Source: Eledone cirrhosa (taxonomy: Eukaryota). Taken from it: a DNA stretch of 64,000 nt. Both the position numbers and the translations under genes were made by a program. The notes under the pieces were generated by a model, which saw only the letters and a program-made list of their open reading frames with translations, made no database searches and was not told the DNA's origin. Positions 55,066 to 64,000 of this stretch are shown piece after piece. Location: the NCBI GenBank assembly GCA_964016885.1, contig OZ024743.1, forward strand, positions 290,222,001-290,286,000, written 5' to 3'. Positions within the stretch are counted from its first letter, which is position 1. Every line of letters starts with the position of its first letter.

Positions 55066-55250
55066 GGGCGGTGGATTGGCAGTATCGGTAGAGGGTCGGA
55101 CGCCATGCTTTCCAGCATAGTTACGTCCCTTTATGATCTGAGTTCAAATCCCGCCGAGGTTGACTTTGCCTTTCATCCTTACGGGGTCGATAAAATAAAG
55201 TACCAGTAATGCACTGGGTAATTGCTGGCCTTGTGCCAAAAGTAGAAACA
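55066..55250 (+). mobile_element. Full-length tRNA-derived Meta-domain SINE
   Basis: A-box-like ggattggcagtatcgg, B-box gagttcaaatcc, central gcctttcatccttacggggtcgataaaataaagtaccag, and ATT tail. Confidence 0.9.
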
Positions 55251-55265
55251 ATTATTATTATTATT

Positions 55266-58200
55266 GGTCTGTTCGGACGTCTTTTTGGCTCGCTCCCAGT
55301 AACTCGCTTTATAATTATTTTTATCTGTTATAATAATCTGTTGTTAAATTGTTCTTATTGTGTAAGGGATATAAGCCCTTGGACTTTGCCCTGTGAAGGG
55401 GAAAGTATAATATTTGGGCCTTTTGACCCAAGTATTTGATTAATATTTGAACATTTTACATTTAAAAATAAAAAAATAAAAACATGGCTGAGCCACGCCC
55501 CCATAAACAATATGTCTGCTGTCGTGTGACAACGCCTAAAATTTGAGAGGAGGGTTACAGAAATATATACAACAAACAACACCACAAACAACGTGAACAA
55601 AGGCAACAACACTGAGAACACTAAATTAAGAAAAATACCACAACAACTACAGCAATAACAGCGACAACCAAAATACAGACAACAGAAAAAAATGATAACA
55701 ACTATATTAACACCACTAACAAGAAAATAAACAACGACAACAGCAACAATACAAATTGCACCGAAAACAACAACAACAGTGGCACCAGAATCACAACCAA
55801 CTACAACAATGATAACAGCAACAACACCAACAACACCGTTTGTAGCAGTAGCAACAGCCCGATTTCTTCAAAGACCAGCAGCTGCGCACAGTGACTTACC
55901 GCACCGTAAGCAAAGTGTCACATCGGGTGGAGAGAGCCACAGAGGCTCAAATACAAAAGGCCTTGGGTTGCGTCTGGGCGTGCAAAACCCACATCACCCG
56001 AGGCAAAAAGTACGCCACAGTAGAGAGTACATTTTGCCACCCATCAAGAGGTGAAGTTTCACTCTTTGGAAACCCTAAAGAGTGAGGAGATAGTCTTGGT
56101 GTCCTCCTACTGCGGGCAGAAAATTGTGTGAGTCAAAGTGACCCAGGTCCCACCAGACGTGTCAATACCTTGGCTGCCCGCGTCTGTACTGCTGGAATCG
56201 AGGAGAAGACCACCATACTACAAATACAGAGAATGGGAAGAGAGAACTAGTCAGGAATAGGCATGCAAATGCTAATACAAACTGACCAGGAATGCATTCA
56301 GGCCATCCCAGACATCATAGACCTCGAGGAAGGACTCCAACTCCATATAAACGTGGAAGGAAGTCGCCCAAAGTGCTATCTCTCTGGGCAGAAGGGTCAC
56401 CTCAAGGCCTTCTACCGGCAGAAGACAGCCAAGAAGAGCCCTCCCCCCTCCTCCCGACACCTGATACGCTGCTACCAAGAGCAGGGCAGGTAAGAGTGAC
56501 AGAAGACCCTTCCATAGTGAGTAGGAGGACAGCATCCGTGTCACCCATACCAAGGCCACGGAAACTAAAACAGCGGCAGCAGTGGTGGCAACACCAACAA
56601 TCGCAGTAGCTACAACGGCGGCAAAATCGCCGGAGCGGGCTCCACTCCCACCGCCAACAGCAGTAGAGCTCATACCTCTCCCAGAATCTGACATGGAGTA
56701 TGAGGCAGGAGGGAAGTGGCAAACGGTCTGCCACAAATAATAAAAAAGTAAAAAACCCTTAGCTTCACCCTCGAAAAACGAAGGCAAACAAAGAGAGGTA
56801 AAGGCTGCAAGGAGACTTGCAGCAACATCACCAACACAAGCATCACCAACAACAACAACCACACCACCACCAGCATCACCAAAAACACAAACATCGCAAA
56901 CACAACAAAGCCCACACACCCAAAAGCAACAAGAAAACAGCAACAAAACCACACCTCCCCCAAAAGAGTACACAGCCATAAACATGGCAAATAAAGAACT
57001 CTTACAACATATAAAGCAGCACACAGTCAACAGGGACACAAATTACTACACCCCACCAACACCAAGAACTTTCCCGAAAAATATAAAGATTATTGAAATC
57101 AAAATAGAACATTATAAACTTTTAAAAGAAAAATTCCTCAACGCAGTTGGAGACTTCAAAGGGTGGGTTACCAAAAGAATATACACCGACATTATCTTGG
57201 AGACACCCATGACCAGCTAAAGGGACGGATCAACTGTCCCTTTCCCACACGATCAAGGTGGGTGATCCTTTCTCACTTACTCCATTCCTCACCCAACATG
57301 GCCTCACTTAGAATAGGCAGTATAAATGTACGTGACCAGAGGTCATCTTGGAAGCAGGGCCACCTGCTTAACAATCTCAAGTCACTAAACATAGATGTGG
57401 TGGCCATCAGCGAGACCAGAATTTTCCAAGCACGAGACATCGTACCGATCCTCAGAGGCTACTATGTATACGCATCTCCAGCCGTCCGGGAGCGGGGGGG
57501 GGGGGGGGTTGCTGTGCTTTTTCGGAGAGGCTTGGATCTCGCCATACGGGCCATCTTCGTGGACCCAGAAGGTAAGTCGGTGGTACTGCTTTCAGGCTAG
57601 TAGCTTTCAGGCAATGCTTTCAGGCTAGTAGCCGTCTACGCCCCAACAGGGGTTGGACGGTCAGATTTCTTCAGACGTCTAGAGACCTTTCTTGTGACGT
57701 CCCGCTCTTTAGTGTTAGTGGGTGACCGGAACAGTATCTTAGATCCACGCTGGGATTATGTGGGGCTAGTAAATAAGGGAGGAGGATGTAAAAACCTCAC
57801 CAACCTGCTCAGACGTTTTCAACTGTCTGACAGATATACACTGGATTATCCGAATGTGCCAATGTGGACATGGGCACACCGCATCGGGTCACCCAGATCG
57901 TATTTAGATATGGTATTCTGTAGTGAAACAGATAAGGCTAGTGTAGGTTGTACACAATTTAAATTATTCGACTACACGGACCACACATTTGAGATCTGGG
58001 AAGTTCACTTAGATAGACTCCATAGGCAATGTCCGAGGTACTGGAAGCTGAACGCATCGTTCTCGGCGCGCAATGCTTACAGAGACCGGATTAGCGAATT
58101 AGTTAAGCGTGCGTTGACGGGTGCAATCGTCAACAACAGGAGGTGGTTTACCTTGAAAAGGGCTATTAGAGTAGAATCGATAAGGTTTAGCAAAGGAGTA

Positions 58201-59637
58201 GTGATAGAGCAAAATAGAGTAGAGGGAGAGTTGGTTAGAAAGCTAGAAGAGGCGTTTAGGATAGGCATCGCAACCGACGTGCATGCGGCGAGATTGTAAC
58301 TCGACCATTTCTTCAATGCAAAGCATGAAGGCTGCGTTGAATGGGCCCGGGTGGTGGAGGCGCGACGTGGCAACAAGTCCACAATTCGGTCTTGCCTGAT
58401 GAAAACGGGTGCATGCTGCTCGAACCCGAGCAGATGTGTGCGGCTTTTCAACAGCAATTTGCTCAAATGTTCGGGTGCGGCGGTGGGACGGTTCGGAATA
58501 TAACTTCGGTGCATACCTTGACGAACTCTCGAGGCTCTCGACGACCGCAGCACAATGCTGCGAAAAGCCGATAACTGCAGGTGAAAGACGGGAATCGATG
58601 GCTCACTGCACGAGGAGGAAATCGCCAGGTTTGGATTGTGTGCCCCACGAGCTTTATGCGTATATGCCAGACTTGTTCGGCGACCTCTTAGCAGATGTCT
58701 ACTGCAACTGGTAGCATAACGGGACCATCCCAGTTTTGTGAGCCGGGAAGCGGTGGTGCTGCTGAGAAAAGACCCGAACAAGTGGATGGGAACAGTGACG
58801 ACGTTTTGGGGGAGACCCTGGGCGTCGAAGACGATCAGCTGTTCGCACTCTTCAAGAGAACTTTCAGACCTGAGCCAATGGACAACTTCCAGAAATCCCT
58901 GGCCTGGCAATGCTACCGGGGGCGTTGCTCTTTCGGGATACACTCTACAGGCACGGAGGTGCTGTCAGCTGAGCCTGTCCGAGATGCGCGCAATGGATGA
59001 AACCGTCCTGCACGCACTCGTTCAGTGCCCGAAGATTGCTGATTTGTGGAGCTATGTCGAACGAATCCGATTATTGACAGAGTCCATGGTACAGAAAGCC
59101 CCGCCATCCTCCTTTAAAGAGGAAGAAGTGCAGGCAGTTTTAATCTGCCTGGTGGCCATGGCGAAAGAGATTGTGTGGTGGACAAGGTTGAAAGGGTTGA
59201 AGAAGGACACTTCCCTCTTCGGCCAATCCCCGATTAACTTTTTCAAGTTTCACTTGAAGATGAAAATCAGGGTGTAGAGGCAAGTGCAGTCTTCTAGTAA
59301 GTTTGTTGAAAGGTGGGTGAAAGTGGCGAGTCTGGTCCGAGTGAACGGGCCCGCTCTGAGTATGCGCCTGTAGATTGAGGAGTGGGAAAACTGAGAGAGG
59401 GTGCTTGCCTTGGTGGTCAGCGTGTCCGTGGCCTTTTTGTGTGGTTTTCGCGACGAGTGACCCTCGGAGGTTTCCCCCTTTTGGGTGAATTTTTGTTGTT
59501 TGAATTTTTTTCATTTGTAGCCCAATTTTGTTATAACCTGTTTACACGACCAAAACCCAATTTGTATCGTCCTGTACTGTTATGTGCTGTCTCTAATGTT
59601 TTTCTTCGTGTTAGCCCTTGTGGCCAATAAAGACACC
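55266..59637 (+). mobile_element. L1/Tx1-type LINE B, related subfamily with internal RT deletion (ORF2 57298-59373)
   Basis: 5'UTR homologous to 49218-49500; RPKCYLSGQKGH; MASLRIGSINV, AISETR, YWKLN, SPGLD. At ~58781 it jumps from the equivalent of A ~52905 to ~54175. Ends AATAAA then (ATT)n. Confidence 0.9.
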
Positions 59638-59789
59638 ATTATTATTATTATTGCTATTATTATTATTATTGTTATTATTTTCTTTCATTATTGTTTCATT
59701 ATAAATTCACAGTGTGCATTGGTAAGCCAGTTAATACAGCACATTAATCATAATTTAAAATAAAAACAAACAAAAAACAGTATACATAT

Positions 59790-62700
59790 ATACACATGTG
59801 CCTATGTAAATACAAGGAGGGATATCAATCTTACAGAGATAGTGTTCTTCTCAATACGTGTGCAGTACCAGTCCAAACAATTGTTTGCACCTCGTGCAGA
59901 GAGGGTAAACCAGGAATCATTCGCAAATATTGTCCTGTTCCTTTCTTGATCATTCCCAGTCCTCCCACAATCACTGGTATTGTAACGGCCTTGAGGTGTC
60001 ACATTTTCTCAATTTCAATAAGCAGGTCTTTATATTTTCGTAGCTTGTCAAATTCTTTTGCCGCGGTATTGTGATCACATGGGCTCTTCATATCTATCAA
60101 TAAACAAACTTTGTTATGTTGATCTTTTACAATATCAGGTCTATTTGCTTTTATGATCCTGTCACTATGTACAGGAAAGTCCCAGAGAATTGTTACTTTT
60201 TCTCCTTCAGTCACAACCACAGGGTGATATTTGTACCATTTGTCTTTAGCTTTGATTTTGTAATGCCGACATATTACCCAGTGTAGATATTGGACAACTC
60301 TGTCATGTCTATATTTGTATTCTAGTGGTGCTAAAACTTTACATCCAGAGACTAAGTGATCCACTGTTTCAACCTCAGCATTGCAGAATTAGCACTTTGG
60401 GTTTATTCCGTTTCACATCACATTGGCCTGGTAATTACGAGTCAATAAGCTTTGATCTTGGGCAGCTAAGATGAAGCCTTCACTCTCCGCTTTTAGCCCT
60501 GAACTACGTAGCCACTGATGGGTGTGTTTTTGGTCGACATCAGCTTGTTTGCTACGGACCACATATTTGCCCTTCAGAGGTTTCTGCTCCCAATTTGATG
60601 CTAATTGTCCTTGCCCTTTTGTGGTTGCCAGTGATTTTATGTGCCTGGCAGCATCAGTTGCAACAGTTTCTTTAATCTGTCCAGCCTGGGTATCAAGCAT
60701 GGGATCAGTAGCATATTTTTTGCTCTCCTTCAAGATAGAATGAAGCTTCTTACTTCTCTCATGATTTTCAACAAGTTTCAGCATACATTCGTTAGTTGTT
60801 TCAAGGTATTTGGCCAGTCCAATGATGGTGTTCTTGTAAACAAGTTCAAATTGGATCAGGCCACAACCTCCTTGAGTTCTAGGAAGGTAAAGACGATCCA
60901 CATCTGCTTTTGGGTGGTGCATCCTATTACAGGTCAGTAGCTTACGGACTTTGGTGTCGATTCTTTTGATTTCACTCATATTCCAGTTCAACACAACGAA
61001 GCTATAAGTGACAACTGGGACTGCCAAGGAATTTATGACTAGCACCTTGTTACGAGCGATTAGTTCGGATCTCAGAACTGAACGTACTCTCCTGTAACAT
61101 TCTTTCCTTATCCTCTCTTTCATACTTGCATGCTGTTTTCCAGAGCCCCCTCATTAATCCCTAAGTATTTATAGGTTTGTTCCTGCTCAAGTTCCTTTAT
61201 GATTGTTTCAGCATCCAATTCAACTGAGTCTGAGTTGACAAGCTTCCCCTTCTTGAAAGTGGCTTTTGCACACTTGTCAAGTCCAAACTCCATCCTTATG
61301 TCATCGCTAAACGTTTTTACTGTCGGCAAATGGCCTTCCAGTTCGTCATTATCTTTGCAATATAGATTCAAATAATCCATATAAAATAGGTGTTTTATTT
61401 TTGTTGTTGTCAATTATATAACCGTGCCCTGTTCTATTAAGCTCGGATGTAAGGGGTATTAAAGCCATGCAGAAACGCAAGGGTGAAAGTGAGTCACCGT
61501 GGAATATACCACAGTTGATGTTTATATTCCCAGAGCACAGTACCCCAGTGTAATAAGACAATTGGAGATTTGTGTTCCATAATGACATATTGTGCTTCAG
61601 GAAGTTTGACATCACAGGTGGGATTTTGAAGATGTCCATTGATTTCAGAATCCATGAGTGTGGTATGCTGTCAAAGGCTTTTTTATAATCGATCCATGCA
61701 GAACTGAGATTTCTGTGTTTATTATGACAGTTCTCAAGGATCATACGATTAATCAAAAGTTGATCTTTGCAACCATATGAACCTGGGTGGCCGCCATTTT
61801 GTTCAATGGGGAAAAGATTGTTCTTCTCCAAAAACACGTATGCTTTTTCCATAAGAATAGAGGTTAATAGTTTACAGGTGGTGGACAAGCAGGTTATGGG
61901 CCGATAGATTTTTGGATCTTTGCTTTCGTTGTTCTTTGGTAGAAGGTAGGTAATGCCACTTGCTATCCAATCAGGTATATTTTTTGGATCTTTCATAATT
62001 CCATTAAACAGCTTGACAAATATGTTGTGATTGCACGGGAGTGAGGACAGCCATAAATTTGGCACCCTGTCTCTATCAAATGACCCTCCAGGTCCATAAT
62101 TGGAGAAGAGTTTATGAGATTTATTGAGTGCTGTCCTTAAGTCCGCTATAGAAATGTCTTCCCACTCCTGTTCTTTTAAATTTGTGTAGAATTTTTCCAG
62201 GAGATTAATCCAATCTACATTAGCCTTATATGTCTTCTCATCACTCCAAATCTTACTCCAAAAGTTTTGAATGACTTGGCATTGGGTGAGAACAACCTAT
62301 TTTGCCTGTAGAAGTTGTTTCGCTTCTCGAATCTACGAATTCGTTGGGCTTTTACTTGGACATTTTGTTTCAGAGATTCTTTTGTTGAAACTATTGCTTC
62401 TCTAGACGACAGTCCATATTTTCTCTTTAGTTTTCTTACCTTCTTGGATGTTATATCATTTACAGAGGTTAACTCTCTCAATAAAATATTTCTCCTCTCA
62501 TTACGTCAATCTCCTTTTCGATTCTATTCCTCCAAATTGGTTTACCTCGAAGGTTCTAGTTCTTCTATGATTTCTTTTGTCACAGAATTACCAATCATTA
62601 TTTGTTTTCTATTCTGGATTGTATTTGGGACTTTTTGAATTGGTTTTCTATCGTTTATACTAGAATGCCTTACTACTGCAAGCTCATTCAATATTTTTTG

Positions 62701-63430
62701 CTTTAATTCCTTCATAGTCTCCCTGTGTTCTTCGCAGATGTTTGGTTTTCAATTACTGTTTCTAAGTCCCTCTCCTGGCTATATTTAGCGGTTTCAATAG
62801 GGCTTCTCATTTCTACAAACCTATTGGTGATTTTGTCAGTAAAGACTTGTGACTGGTTACTATCTCCAGAAGATTCTTCAGTTCTTTCATCATTTATATT
62901 TATGTCATTCTCCACAGCCTGCTTGATCGCAGTTAGTTCAGTGTCTGTGAGTCTATTATTTCTGAAGATATTTGCCAACTTATTTCCATCCATATCACGT
63001 CTGCTAGCTTGATTCCGAGTTTTCCAAATTTTGTAAGAGTTTAAAGTGTGTCTTACATTAAAGTGTGTTTAAAGCATAGTAATATGCATATATTAATTCT
63101 TTATACTCTTCTCGGATCCATTTCCTCCTTTTAGGTTTTTCTTTTTGAGGTGGTTTGGGTGCTGGATTTGGAGGACTCGAGTTGGGGCAAGCCCCCATCA
63201 AATGACCCTCCAGGTCCATAATTGGAGAAGAGTTTGTGCCAGAGGATGACTTTTCGATCTGAGGTTGGCACCTTCCTGAGGGACGCGCTTCCTGATTAAC
63301 CATAGGAAAAGTGGATTGGTATTGTGTATTAATTTTTATTTGTTCAGGTTCAGTACATGCTTGCGTTACGCATGGTATTGGACGTACATGAAAAGTTGCC
63401 CGGCTCTTTGGGTAGTGCATTTGCAGTCTG
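59790..63430 (-). mobile_element. Near full-length R4/Dong-type LINE, inactivated
   Basis: RRKWIREEYKELI N-terminus, YRPITCLST, WIDYKKAFDSIPH, GIFHGDSLSP, FYMDYL, YKYLG, HDRVVQYLHW, NRPDIV, KYKDL. Frameshifted. Confidence 0.92.
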
Positions 63431-64000
63431 GCACTGAGATGATTATTACTATCGTAACAGTATAGTTATGGTCATTGCTGTTGTTGATTGAGGTGATATT
63501 GTTATGGTTGCAGCTTTAAGAGGTGTACGAGAATTTTCTCAACTGTTCTTGTGGTGTGAGTGGTGTTGGTGGGGGCTAGGAGATTAATGCTGGGAGTGGG
63601 GGTGCTGGGAGTGGTAGTTGGTAGGGTGACATTGTAGCTTAAATGAGTTGCTTCTCCGGTGTTATTTTTCGTCTATTTTGAGTTTGAGGTGTAAATGGTG
63701 GTGGTGGTGGTGGTGGTGGTGGTGGTGGTGGGGGGGTGCTAGTATTCTCTTTTTTTTCTTCCCCTTTGTTTTGTACTTTGTCTGGGCTTCATACACATAC
63801 ATAAATATACATTCACACGTGCATACTTATACACACGTATGTATAAACACACATATATATATACCCACACATATACCCACTGAGAAGGATAGTAGGTAGT
63901 AGTCAGTGACAGTAGTCTAAAAATAGATTGGGGATTTACTGGTTTGAATATGTGAGGAAGTGGTTGTGAATGAAATGGTGGGAGAGAGAAGTGATCTTTC

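Noticed and set aside
55066-55160. tRNA gene
   Set aside because: The A/B boxes belong to a SINE head followed by the Meta domain; no complete cloverleaf.

Overview
Eukaryotic, AT-rich, microsatellite-dense DNA made almost entirely of retroelements. The abundant Meta-domain tRNA-SINE and the repeat landscape suggest an octopod cephalopod (inference). I can support no host gene. The window holds at least four Penelope-like element (PLE; RT + GIY-YIG) families, RTE/RTEX-group LINEs, two R4/Dong-type RLE LINEs, a CRE-type RLE remnant, two L1/Tx1-type LINEs and about ten SINE copies. The most notable signal is a set of unrelated fold-back (inverted-repeat) elements sitting in (TA)n tracts. Each carries two type I hammerhead ribozyme motifs pointing outward on opposite strands (1-320, 15377-15582, 18841-21060, 38818-39037). 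Their asymmetric inverted-arm layout matches the coding PLE copies at 34745-38796 and 43176-45378. The best-preserved PLE (1062-6874) also has a candidate U_UUU_UUA -1 frameshift joining an upstream ORF1 to its RT-GIY-YIG ORF. All calls were made by eye. Coordinates of degenerate elements are approximate and clade names are tentative.
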